Positions 35,791-48,722 of a DNA stretch of 64,000 bases are shown here, one piece after another (the first letter of the stretch is position 1; each line of letters opens with the position of its first letter). Made by a program: the position numbers and the translations under genes. The notes under the pieces were generated by a model, which was given only the letters and a program-made list of their open reading frames with translations, was not told the origin of the DNA and searched no databases. This DNA is from Amoebophrya sp. A120 (lineage: Eukaryota > Protista > Dinoflagellata). The DNA lies in contig CAJINV010000001.1 of the NCBI GenBank assembly GCA_905178155.1, forward strand, positions 3,215,675 through 3,279,674. The letters run 5' to 3'.

Positions 35791-37304
35791 TCACGCGATC
35801 ATTGTCCCCCATTTTCTGAGGCCCTTGCTGAAAAACCCATCTTTGGACGTCTCTACCACGACCTGATCAGCTAGTTCACTACTACCTTGACCTTGTTTCA
35901 GTTCGTCGGTATGGAGGCCTAGAATGTGCCTACACCTTTCCCACTGCTGAAACCCCATGTCGTGGGCAAAACCCATGAGATTGAAATTCACCGTGTAGAA
36001 CGCCGAACAAAACAACAACAGCGCCGTCACCGTCGAAATCGGCGAGATGCGGGTGGACAGGAAGGGCAGCGCCGCACAGAGAAAGAAGATGCTCTGCGCC
36101 GCATGGATAAAGCATTCGCAGGGCTTTGTGATGACGGAGACCAGCAGTTTGTATTTCTGGTGCAGCTCCGGCATGTACAGCGCTACGCCGCTGTAGAGAA
36201 AAAAACCGTGCATCAGGCCCCGGACGCTGTTCCACATGCTCATCGTTAGAAACGCGGTCTCCACAATGTGGGCGGCGAAGAGGAAACCGGAGGAGGACGC
36301 CTGCCATGAGAACCACTCGTTGCTGCCCTTGTTTTCCTCCTCCGCAGCTCCTCCGGAAGATGCAGCCGCGGATGTTGAACTGCTCGCGCTCGTCCCTCCT
36401 CGTCCACTACTTGTTTTCACGATGACCACTTCTTCACTCGTTTTTCCGTTCAGCGCGATTGCATCCGGATCGTATACACCATTCACCCCGTGAACAAAGA
36501 GGGGCAGCGCAACGGCCAGCGTGAGTGTGCAAATCACAAGCTGTGTGGAGATGAAACCCAACAGATTTTCCATCAAATTCGCTGCTTGATAGTGAATATC
36601 GTCCTGTGGCTTCGTCAAGAAGGGTGTAGACGTCGTTCCCGGATCGAAATTTTTCTTTGAACCTTGGTTGCCAGTCTGCGTCTGCATTTCGATTTTCGCG
36701 TCGTCGCCACCATCGTTAGTGCTGACAGCGGCTGTTGGTGGACCCCCCAGTGCTTGCGCGCTGTGGACTGAATCAGCAGCAGTAGAAAACGCATTTCCTA
36801 GCTGCGCCGCAAGGATCAAGATCCCAACCCCTTCGTGCTGCCCCAAATCGAAGAACGGCTTGGCAAAAATGCCCTCGTACGGACAGCTTGCAAATGGGAG
36901 GAGCAACTCCCTTATCAACTGGAAAAATGTCTGGGTCTGGAAGAATTTATGTTTGTCATGCTTGTCTGGCATGACTCTTAAATCTGTCATGCACGTTACC
37001 CAAAAGCTCCGCTTTTCTGTGATGCAGAAGCGCAGTTTGTCATGCAGAATAGCCAACACCTAGGAGCTCAGAAACTTGTCATGCTGAGCCAGCATCTGTA
37101 GCCTCATCATGAGACGCCACCCAGCATCACAAGTTCCCAGACCCAGACATTTTTACTTTTGATATCCCTTGCGCTTTGCGCAACCGCGAGGTACTCATCA
37201 ACCACTGCCCTTTGCATGTTCTGCCGCATATGTCCTTGCGCTCGGTCTCCATTTTCAAGTGCAGCAAAATACGGCGCTACACTGCGCTGCCGCTTTGTTA
37301 ACAT
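35791..37304 (-). CDS. Hypothetical multi-pass membrane protein
   Basis: ORF 37107-37304 joins ORF 35791-37059 across the introner (QSAR|ELLLPF). Several hydrophobic helices. Confidence 0.65.
36913..37164. mobile_element. TIR introner, family A (252 bp), TSD TCCCT
   Basis: tatcaactggaaaaatgtctgggtctgg ... ccagacccagacatttttacttttgata. TCCCT at 36908-36912 and 37165-37169. Confidence 0.92.
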
Positions 37305-39102
37305 CTCTCTCGAAAATATTGGAAACGGAAGCGGAAACGAAACTGTACTTGCTGTTGGCCTCTAGGGTGTGCAAATTCAAAATCGATCCTGAAAGAAATT
37401 TCTTTCTCGCGCACACGAATGGGATCGAAAACGCAAGTCGAAGGAAAAACTAAAACAGAAGGAGTTGCATTGGAACCTAGTATGATCTGTGACGATCGGG
37501 GGCGTGAAGATCCTTCTTGATATGAAGACTTCTCTTTGTGGTTTCACCGAAATTCCTTCGTCTTCGACACCAGAACCAGATATTCACAGCCACACCCAGC
37601 TTCAACAGAAACAAAACACTTCACACATCAGCTTTTGATCTGCAAGCTCCAGACACTTGCTGGAAGGGCAATTTTTTTTCCTTTTTAGGTACTGTATTTG
37701 TTCATCTGCAGGGCGGACTCTGCTACGCATTTGAGCAGACACACCCTGAGCAGGTGTCGCTTTGATGCTATGTTTCGTGTTCATCGTCTCATGATGCTTA
37801 AGCTTATCTCATGCTGCTTCTCCTTTTTGTTCCGTGCTGACATTGAGAGCATATCAGCTCCTCTGTTGGAACCCAATTTCTATGCGGATTGAAATTAAAA
37901 AAGAAAGCCCTTGATGATGTTGTCGTCCATCGGACTGAGTCGCGGGGGTATCTTCTAAACAAACCGGGGTACCAGTGCGAAAGCTGGAGGGGTCCTCCAG
38001 CCGAGTAGTAAATTAAGGGTTCGCGAATTTGGTAGAGCTATACTTACGATTGTTACTTTTCGAGGATAGTTGTCGGCGGTAAGAGACTCAAGACGAACCA
38101 GAGGACCCAATTTTCATCTTCGATAGCAGGATCCTTCAGGTTTCGATTGCGAGTAATAATTGAAGGCCACAAGTGAATATTAGCAGCCCAAAAAACTATA
38201 GGTGTTCTAGTTGTGAGTTGTCGCTATTTCCGCATAAAGTTCCAACAGCAACCTTTGTTGTTTAGCTACCAGCTCGCCACTAATTCTAATACAGCACTTC
38301 TGCACGCTTCTTCGCCGGCACGGTGTTTTGACAACCAGGGTAAATGACAATAAGCGTCAAGTTTGTACAATCGTATTACTCTTCTCAATACAAGTTGTCC
38401 CTTGATACAAGTGCACTTAGGCAGTCTCTACTGAAGAATTTTTACTTGTTCACCCGTTCATAATGTACAAACCTTTTACGAATTCGAAGCATTTTAACAT
38501 CTTAATCTTTCCCGAAGAAGGACTGCAGTATCCCTCTGTAGTTGCGTATCCGTAGTACCACTTCCCCGAAAAAAGTTGTCGTGACTCTTGGTCGCCCGAA
38601 AGTCAACTGCACACAACTGCAAAATCAAAGAAACCAAGGATCATTCATACTAACTGGGGAAGCCCGGGCGGAATCTTCGAGTCCAACACCGGGCCTCCGG
38701 AATCATTTACGTAAAAAGGTAGGCGATAGGCAGTACAACTATCGGTCTTGTATAACATCAAGTAGAAGTTAGTACTAGTGTAGAAGGGGGAAGTAGCGCG
38801 TGCCGGTAGAAAGAAAGAGAGCGTCAGAAGCGCGCAGGTGGCTGCTTGCAACCGCATCTTGAAAGGAGCGATGGTAGCGAAGATTACTGTTTGTTGAAAA
38901 ATTTGAATACCAAAGTATTTCCCTCGCAACGAAATCGGATCGACTCTGCGCACTGGCAGATACTTTGCTGTCGCGTGCGGATTGTACTTCATTCAGGTCT
39001 ACGTCGTGTTGTAATTCTAAATTAAGGCAGTCGTTTCGATCTTGAGTCACATTTTTCCGCGAGATTGATTCTGAATGCACTGCATGCATCTCATCCTCTT
39101 TC

Positions 39103-42100
39103 TCACCAAGTCGCGCTGTCTCGCACGACGGTGAGCAGACTGTCGATTTGTTCCGGTGTGTGCAGGCAGGAGACGGCTATTCTGAGGGTGGGGGTCCACT
39201 CGGTGTGGATGCACAACCGGGTGTCCAGCGCCCGCTCGGTCAATGGTCGCTCGAAGATGTCCAGCCCGGTGGCGGCCTTCACCGCTTCCAGCGCCTTCTG
39301 GTACTTTATCCTCGTCTTTTCGCAGACCGACTTCCGAGTAGAGCTGTGGACCGAGAACTGGCGGCCCCGCGTTGCGGAGTCCGACAGCCCACTGTCGCTG
39401 TCGCCCGAGGAGTAATGAGAGGTGGAGGGGATGAGGATTTTCGGCTTCAGGTGTATCACGTAGTTGCTTCCGCGGACCTCGTACTTTTCCGATAGTATCC
39501 TCTTCGCGCTGGTCTGCAATTTCTCGGTGATCTGCTGCAACCGCGTCCACCGGTCTCTTAAATTCTCGAAGGAACAATTGTGCACGCTCTCGCTGGTCTG
39601 CGACCGACTGCTCTGCTTCTCGTCGTCGTCGTCGGACTCCGTGGCCGCGACCGTGGTACACCCCGACGTGTTGTGGTCCATACCTGCGTGCTGCAGATTC
39701 ACAATTTTTCCACCTGCCATAGAAGTACTGTGCGGCTCGCTGGCCGTGCTGCTGGTCGTGCTACCGTGCTCTGCCTTGTCTTGCATGCTCTGCCCGCTGC
39801 TGCTACACGACGAGGGCGTGCGGGAGTGCAAGCCGGACGTTGGTGTTGGTGGTACTATCGGCGCTTGTTCTTCCGGTGGGGAGTCCGACCGCCGTTTTCG
39901 GAGATTCTGACTGTCGCCTTCCTGCGACGAGGAACTGGACAACTCCGACACTCTGGAGCTCGGCTCGACAGAGGTCGAAGAGGTGGATCCTTCGGGGAAA
40001 TCCGTGCTGGGAGTGGTGGAACCACCATCCTCTGAACATGCTCCTTTATGCAATGATGACGTTGATGGATTTGTGCACCACTGCAGCTCTTCCAGCACTT
40101 CCTTGCTCCACAGACAGGACACGCCCGGGGCGGAGGCGGAGAAGCAGTAGCCGGAGGACGTTAGCCTCAGGTCGCGGACGGCGTGGAACTGGCCCGCGCA
40201 AAACCCGCCGACCGAGCCGATCGCGAATTCTAACGACCCGAGGTAGATGTCCACCGTGGACTGGGGCATCTGGAAGTACTCGCACACGCCGCGCGGGGCG
40301 ACGCCGCCGAGGGAAAGCGTCTCGTCCACCACCAGGCTGAGCCGGTATAAATCCTTCAGTTGCGCGAGGCGGGGCAAGTCGCAAATACTCCCGTCGCACT
40401 GGTACAAACCCTCGGCGACCAGGAACCGCTTGCCATACTCGTCTAACGGCACAATCTCGCGCTCCAGCGTTGTGAATCGTTCTGGCAAAGTGCCGAACAG
40501 GTCCGCGCCCTCCCGGAAGCCGACTTTCTCCCGGTCGATCCGCTCCACCTTCTTCCAGTCAGAAAGCCAGTCCTGCAGCTCCCGCATGTCCTCCACAAAC
40601 ACGAGGGTGCACTTGCCGTTCAACCGGAGACCGGATTTGATGCCGTAGTGGCACTTGCCGAAGCAGAAAACCTGATATAGTAGTGCGTTTCTATTTCTTT
40701 TGGGAAAAAAATGTGTGTTGAAGCTTCAGAATAGTGTCGCGTCCTTTTCGGTATAAATTTGCTTCAGGAGAATGGACAAAAACACATCATGCTCACGTCT
40801 ACGCAAAACCATCAGAAATCCATGCACATACCAGATCCTTCGCACCGAGCATCGGCGACGCCAACACGGACGACGCCACACTGACCCCCTGCGCGTAGAA
40901 GATCGCGGACTCTGCCTGCAGCAGGTCCGACAAAGCCTTTTCTAGTGATAAATGCTCCATGGTGGTGCCGTAGAACCCCCGGGGCCCGCAGGTTCCGAAG
41001 CCGTGCGTCGACAGGTACTGCTCGCAGGTGTTGGGTAACGATGCCGGCGCGTCCTGGATCAAACCCAGTGGGTCAAACACCCCGAACTTCTTCGCCGCAT
41101 CCTTTGTTGTCGCAATCGGCTCCGGCTCGGAGTACTCCTCTACCATACCTAATGGCTCGAATTTGGGCGTTTTCTCGTATCGCCCGACCTCCAACGGCGC
41201 GTCCCGCAGCCAGTTGTAGTAGGCCGGATTGGTCAAGCACTTGTCGTTTTTGCGGAACAGGATCCCGAGCTGCTTCCCGAGCTTTTCCAGCACCACTAAC
41301 GTCTGGTCGATCTGCTCGATCGTGTGCGCCGCGGACACGCAGAACCGCGCCCGGGGCAGCATGTAGGGTGTGGCCGGCGCGCACACGACCACGATGGCGA
41401 CGCCCTGCTGCATGCCTTTCACGGAGAAGTACCACATGGACTCCTGGTCCATCAAGACTGGTACCACGGGTGAGTCCTCGTCCCCCAACACCCAAAACCC
41501 GATCTCCGCGAGCCGTCGGCGGAAGTGGTTGCTGTTCCGCCGCAGGGACTCGATCTTCGCTTTTCCGCGTTCGTGCTTCAGCAAGTCCAGGGCTGCTAAG
41601 GCCTGCGCGGCGCAGGCGGGTGACATCGCAGGCGCGAAAGTGGCGTTCGGACTGTTTTTCCTCAAGTTGGCGATCACCTTTGCGTCCGCCGCGATGTAGC
41701 CGCCGGCGGAACCAAAAGACTTGGTGAAGGTACCCATCATCACGTCGATTTTCGACCTAGGCACGCCGAGAAGCTCGGTAATGCCGCGCCCAGATTCACC
41801 TGTTCGGGGTTTTCATTTGGGAGAGTAGTGCTTTTCGACTTTTTTAGAACCAGTACCACAAACGCAAAGTTCAATGATAGATCACAATCGCTTTCACTAG
41901 TTCTGCCTCTGCTGAATGCAAATGCGCATGTTGGAAATCAATCATACTCGTATCTAAAACCAGCCAATACCGACAGCCCCGATGGAGTGCGCCTCGTCGA
42001 GGTAGAGCAGAGCGCCGTACTTGTCCTTGAGAGCCACGATCTCGCGCAGTCTCGCGAAGTCGCCCTCCATGCTGTAGATGCCCTCGACGATGACCAGGAT

Positions 42101-43903
42101 CTTCCGCCAGGGAAGCCCGTTCGGCTGACCGACGTCGCAGGCCTGCTTCAGTTTGCGCTCCAGGTCCACCATGTCATTGTGCTGGAAGGATTTCACAGAC
42201 ACCCAGGACATGCGGACGCCCTCGATAATCGACTTGTGGTTCAGCTCGTCAGAGAGAATCAGGCATCTGTGTTTTGAAAATGATTTTTCATACATCGATG
42301 GCGATACAACTTTTAATTGCTGATAAATCTGAAAGCGAGCTGCGGGTCAGACCGAGCTGCACTGAAGAGCTGAGGTTCCTGTCCTCCTTACCAAAAGAGG
42401 CGTGATCTGCTCGACTTTGCTAAGTGGGAAGAAACCCTAAATCCTAAAACCGCAACCCTCATTGATATTTACAAAGTTGAATTATACCCTTTTCCATTCC
42501 CTGCGGGGTCGATGAGACAGGGGATGATGGTTGAGTTTGTGGCGAAGCCCATCCCGATTACGAAGGCGTCCTCCTTGTCGAGAAATTCCGCCACCCGCCG
42601 TTCGAGCTCTTTATGCACAACATGTGTCCCCTCTATCCCCCCGCGCGTGGACCCGGTGGACAAACCCGTCTCGCGGATGCACTTCGCGACCAGGGGCGTG
42701 CAGTACTCGTCGACGCCGCCGAAGCCCAGGTAGTTGTAGCTGCCTAAATTGGTGCACTTCACCGACTTGGTCGTCATCGAGAGCGGTAAATAGGGGGCGA
42801 GTAGTGGCTGGTCTTTTCGTTCCCGGAAAACCACTTCCACGGTGGAGGCCGGGGCGCCGCAGATCGGCCGGTTCCAGCAGTCCTCGTACATCTGGAACGC
42901 GTGCTCGATGAAGAGAGCCTGGAAACCCGTGCGCTTCGACCGGGTGAAGAAGCTGTAGCCGGGCTCGAGCTTGAAAAGCCACTGCACGAACCAAAGCTGT
43001 TTTTCAGTTTTTTCGGAGCGGATTTCTCTACAAAATCGTTGACAAGGTTTAGCAAGAACCTATTTCTCTTTTTAGCGATGTATACACGTGTCTCATATGA
43101 AACAGAAAACATCAGTACATTCTCCTTGACCACAGCGGCTGCTGCGATCTTCAAATAGCCCCATATGACTCGCAGTTTGAACCACAGGTCGGTGTCCAGT
43201 TTGTGCGGTGGGAACTGCTGGAACTCGCATTCTGCTCGTGGCAGCATGGTATATTTTGCTTGTCGCTCTTTCTCAACCAGCACTGCGCCGGACTTTGGCG
43301 GAACCTTGCTGCAAAAAGTCGGGGAGGCGGCAGAGCAACGACCTGAATTCGATTAATTTTGAAAAATGAAAAGTGGAGGACACCAATCCAGTTATTTGCT
43401 CATGCTCTCATGAAAGAACTGAAGAGACTGAATTCATGTAAGTACTGCATGTCTAGTATCAACGGAAATGGATATTCGTTTATACCTCCTTTATCCCGCT
43501 TTTCCAGGGCGAGAAAGCTGTCTGACCGCTTCAGCTTTTCGGGTAAACTTTCCTCCACTTCGACCGTCTTCACGTTGGCGCGGGTGGGCCAAATCCAGCT
43601 GCCCGCGGTGAGCCAGCGCGAGATCATGTCCAATACCGGGTTGTAGAATAGCTCGTAGGGAATGTCCTCGGGAAAGACGAAGTGGGAGCAGACGTATCCG
43701 GCGTTGCCCGGGTTCGCGTCGAGCACGAACAAGACGAACCCAATGACCGCAACGAGCAGCAAGTGGGCGTAGAACACGACATCGTCGCCCAGCCCCGTCC
43801 ACTGCCACATCTCGTCGAGTAAAGGGATCCCACTGATCAGCTCACTCCAGCTGCCCTCCGGCGGCGGGTGATGGAGAAGAGGTGGTGGACTTTCGAGCGA
43901 CAT
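39103..43903 (-). CDS. LCB2-LCB1: Single-chain serine palmitoyltransferase: N-terminal TM + LCB2 domain fused to LCB1 domain
   Basis: LCB2 motifs: [55 protein letters not shown]1 motifs: [48 protein letters not shown]. Five GT-AG introns. Confidence 0.9.
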
Positions 43904-45741
43904 GATTTGCTGACGTGTGGTCAAATGTGTTATGCTAAATTGCAGACGCACTCCTGAACGTGCAGCTCACAAGAACTGGGCGCTTATTTCAGCTGCGCCT
44001 GATCGGCATATAGAGGACAACGCGTCATATTTTTCGTCGGATTTGACACGCAGATTTGTTTTTCTATCCAGTCACTAAACTACAATCGATTCAGACGTCA
44101 ACAAATTCAAAAAACCACCAAGTGCACGGGAGTAAAGTACGTAAGTCATGATACAGAAACAAAATTCTACTGAAGCGATCGAGAAAAAACGACTGTATTA
44201 TTCAATTCATCACGTCCCGTCGTCAAAAAAACCGCTACAAAAGATTTGCGAAGTTTCAAAATTCGTTGCGCACGGCAAGGTATGCACTTCTTCTCCAAAA
44301 CAGCTACTAGCTGTTATCTCAAGAACTAAACTGAGAAACACCCTCGGTATAGATAAGAAAACATATTCCTCCACTGTTCATCTAAAATGGTAAAACCCCG
44401 TCTTGAAACAGAGAAGTTGCAAGTATTTGCGGAAAATGAACTTTCTGTTCAAAATCAAAAGAATTCTTTGACGAAATTTATTGAATGCGTGCCGTTACTA
44501 CTGAGATTTTCATTTAGCAGTGCAAGAAAGCTCGGTGTAAACGTGATCAGCAAGAAGCCGTATACAGTCGTGTCCGCCCTATGTAATGAACGAAGGGTAG
44601 TCCGACTGCCAGGCTAATTTAAGTGAGATTTGTCCGATCTAGGATTTCTTTATTCATCCGAAGACATCTACATTCATTTCTCGGCCCAACAAACAAGAAG
44701 GCACAGATCACATTGTACTGCATTTCAATACCGTATTTCGATCGTTCCGAGGAAAAAAAGCACAAATAATTCAGCAGAATACAATCTTGCACTACAAATA
44801 ACCGATGACTTTTCCGATCACGACCCTTAAGTCTGCTTATTCAACAGAATTTATTGCGTGAATTGCAGGCGGGATTGCACAACAGATAAACGAAACCTCG
44901 GAACGCCAAGGCTCCGCTCCCCCCTGTGAGACGGAAGTTGTGACACCACGAGACTATAGACGAGCTAATAATTAGTAGGTGCGGACGCCTGCTCCACAGA
45001 CTAGCTCTACTCTTAGCTCAGATTAACATCTTCGTCTAGAACTTAGACTTAGTGCGGGGAACGTAGAAAAAAGTGCAAAAAGCTCAATATGTGACGACTT
45101 GCGGGACGAGGGGCCTGGGTGTGGAGTAACGAAAAGTCTTCTTTACTGATAGTGATATCAAAAATGATAGAGGCATCGCAATATACTCAGATGCAAATCG
45201 GACGCACAGACATATCGTTGTTCTCTCTCCCACTCAGTGGACCGACACGGCAAATCCAGGAGTGCATTAACCGACAATGCAGCTCTGTTCAATTGTCCTT
45301 CCGCTCACGCTCTAACCCGAAACTACAGCACGAATTTCAAAACAAACATGTCTCGGTCACTCAGGCGCTCGTTTCTTGCAATTCTAGAATGATTGAATGC
45401 TGTACACAAAAAAACACCGACAGCTTTCAATTTTTTCTGCATCGCACGATGTCTGATGTAGAACACGTCAAACTAAAATCCTTCGTGGACTACGATTTCA
45501 CTTTTCATGTGGCTTCTGGTTCTGCTATAGTAGAGATGGTGCACTACACAAATAGATGACGTGCGAAGCACTCGCTCCGGTGCGTCAAGGGTTGTCGTGC
45601 GCAGCATCTTCAACTCCTGCTTCGGACACTACTGGTTGCACATCATGCGGTCGTGGTACGACCCAAGCAGTGGTTCTGCAATGAGCAACGACGCTAAGAG
45701 GAAGAAGACCACTTTCGCCGCGGCCCTACGAAGAATTTCGT

Positions 45742-47654
45742 CTACTCCCTCGGCCCTTTCCCGAGCGGCGAATCCATGAAGCCCAACCGTATCTGGTTGC
45801 GGTCCCGGATTTTGACAATGTCGCCTTCCAGGTTTTCCCGGAACTGATCCAGGAAACTTTGCCCTTCTTGCACGATTTGCTTCTGCGACGCCTTCCGCTC
45901 GGCTTCTTCGACCTGATAGAATGGCAATGATTGAATTGATTACATTTACTATTCCTCGGACGTCCTCTGCGCAATTCGCTTCTTTCATCAGAAGAACTAC
46001 TCTAGCACAGCTACACGCTATTGCATTTCTGCTCATACATGTTCACTGGGCGCGTACTATCCGATAGTACGCGCCCAGTAGCTTCCTTTCTGAAACTGAA
46101 AGTGAATGCGAAAAAACTTTGAAACACTGTAAAACTTCTTCAAAAAAACTCCTTCTCACCTGGAGGTCCAAATTGAGCTCCTGGTAAACCTTGATAACCT
46201 CCTCTTCCAGTTGGGTTTCCTGGATGTGCATATCAAATGCAAAAATGTCTGGGTCTGGAAGAATGCAGACTTGTCATGCAGGTTTTCCATGACCCATGAG
46301 GTCTGGTATGTAGGACATAGCATGACAGATTCTGTGAGAGTTCTATCATGCCTATCCTGCATGAGAAACTGCCTCTCGATTAGGTCAAAAGTGGCCAGCT
46401 TTTGGTAATCATGCAACACAGATTTTTGAATGATTCAGATTTAGCATGACAAGTTAGATTCTTCCAGACCCAGACATTTTTGCATTTGATAGTGCAGGTT
46501 CGCGTACGAATCCAGACACCTCCTGACGTCGACGACGCACTGCGCCTCCCGCGCCTCCGTTTCCCGGCCCAGTATCCTGTGTAGCCGCTCGAACTGTTGT
46601 TTGAAGTCCTTTGCGTACCGCTTCTCCTCCTCCAGCCGCTCCTTCGTGGTGGCGGCGAGGTTGCTGCGGATCTCCGCGAGCTTGTCCTGGACCGACTTCG
46701 CCGCCTCGTCAATTTCGATCGTGCGCTCCTCCCGCTCTTGATCGATGCCGGCGTCGACGCTGAAAGCGTTTTGATATGTTGATTTTCAATTTGTGCCAAA
46801 CAGGTACAGGTTGAGAGCATAACGATGCAGTTGTAGAGCACAAAAATCCAAGAGCACTCATTCATTCCAGCTCCTTACCGTCCTGCTCGCTCAAATGATA
46901 TCCTAGCAAACAGAATTATACACTGCATTCTTCGCTCGTATTTGGCGGAAGGACTCTTCTATTTCTTGACTCCGTTCCTCGAGCGTGTCCTCCCACTCTT
47001 GCACGGCGTCCTGCGATAAAAATGATTTGCATTTAGGGCCGCTAGATTCAACAGATTTCCACTTGTTCGACGCGGACTTCACAACGCGCGAATAGAAATG
47101 CACCAACATCAGTCTCGATATCAAGACCGATCTTTGGTGGAAGTAAGTACTTACCTCTTTTGTCGCCATCCAGTCTGCCGCGAAATCCTTCAACTCTTTG
47201 TGCAACCGGGCAAACGTGACCTCTATTTCCTTCCGCATTTCTGACAGCTGTCGCAAAATGTCCTCTCTCCTTTCCTTGTACAATTTGGCCAGCCATTCGC
47301 GTTTCTTTTTTGCAAGTACAAACGCCTCCTTCATCAGCTCAATCTGCTCCATCATCCCGTTGGTGCGCTCATCCTGAGAAGTTTTAGTCAAAGAGTCGGT
47401 ATCTCGAGCTCGGGCTCATCGCATCACAAAATGAAAATCCACAGAGAACTGGGACTCAATCAAAAACCGGAAATGCGTCGCTGTTGTATCTCAATACTTA
47501 CCTCAAGGTCCTTCAACCCCCTCTGGTACTTCCTCAATTGCAGCACCTCCTGCTTGTCGAGCACCTTTTGATTTGGCAGGGTTGATTTCAGCGTCGCCTT
47601 GTTGCCCCCGTGCCGGGACGACACGGAGGTCGCGTTTCCCCGTGATTGGTTCAT
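45742..47654 (-). CDS. Coiled-coil protein, SF-assemblin/beta-giardin-like
   Basis: Spliced coiled coil ending EEAERKASQKQIVQEGQSFLDQFRENLE. Canonical introns plus introner 46231-46491 (ANLH|IQETQ). Confidence 0.55.
46231..46491. mobile_element. TIR introner, family A (261 bp), TSD GTGCA
   Basis: Perfect TIR of about 34 bp, tatcaaatgcaaaaatgtctgggtctggaagaat. GTGCA at 46226-46230 and 46492-46496. Confidence 0.93.
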
Positions 47655-48722
47655 CTTGGGCGGTGCGCCGGCGAGTGTGGTGTTATTGTGCCTTGGTGCG
47701 GCAGGAAGATGATGCGATCACTGCCCAGTAAAACTGCTGGACCCGCTACTTCCTTGTGGCGTTTGTGCTGTAAGTGAAACAAAACCAAGCGGTGGAGCGT
47801 CGGAAGCTGGAATTCTTGTCACTGGTCCGACCCCCTTCTCGTCAGCACAGGGCAAGAATCAGTGCTGCAGGTTCGGGTGTGGTTTCAGCTTTATTTCTCG
47901 TTTCCGCGGAGGGAGGTTGGCTTCTCGTTTCGGACTTCTAGACCTGAAAGATTGAAGTCCTTCCGGTGAGTCACGGTGATGCGTCGGGCAGGGAGTTTCA
48001 AGCTACAGTCCGCTGCTGAGCGATTCGATGCAGCAGGTACCGCTTGTCTGGATCACGACGTCGAATGCAATCGCAGCTCGTGAAAGATGCGTGCTGTGCC
48101 AGTTATGCTTCCTCGATGGTCATCAAATTTTGCTTTTGCTCCCTTTGTGGCTTGACTCGCTTGACTTCGTATCTATTCCTCTACCTCTACACCTATCCTG
48201 ATCCCTGCGTAAAGTAAGCCCGGTTTTATCATTATCCCCCTTAAGCGATGCACTCACACGAAAAACTAACTCACGAAGAAGTCGGCCAAAGATCTCTCCC
48301 GTCGAGGTCGACTAAACGAGCTCTGGCTCTCACAATGAAGACGAATTATATTGGTGCACTCGCATTGCGACTCGATGAATCATCATTATTACCTGTCTTC
48401 ACACATACGATAATTTGCAGCACGATCACGACGAGCACAAGAAACGAGGAGAACCAACACGAGTTTGAGACGATTGGAATCCTGAATTTCATCGAGTATG
48501 TAACGATTGAAAAAACACGGAAATCGCCAGCGGAAAGGAACACCCACACCAGCTCCATTTCAGAGGGGGGATATTCCTCGACCTCTCGAAGGTGAGGTGG
48601 TTCTTCAAAATCCGTTTATGTCCTTATGAATGTAATTATGTGCGCTTGCGTGAATACCAAATCAAAGTCGTTCGTACGGGGTTTCAAGAGCTCCTGTGAG
48701 AGGAGCTATTAAAATGCAGCTC

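Noticed and set aside
37983-38001. Intergenic hairpin gctggagg-ggt-cctccagc
   Set aside because: A single 8-bp stem with no supporting context.
46156-46419. Recurring short ORFs with IKCKNVWVWK / FQTQTFLHLI / VWGGGIF peptides
   Set aside because: They are translations of introner TIRs, not a protein family.
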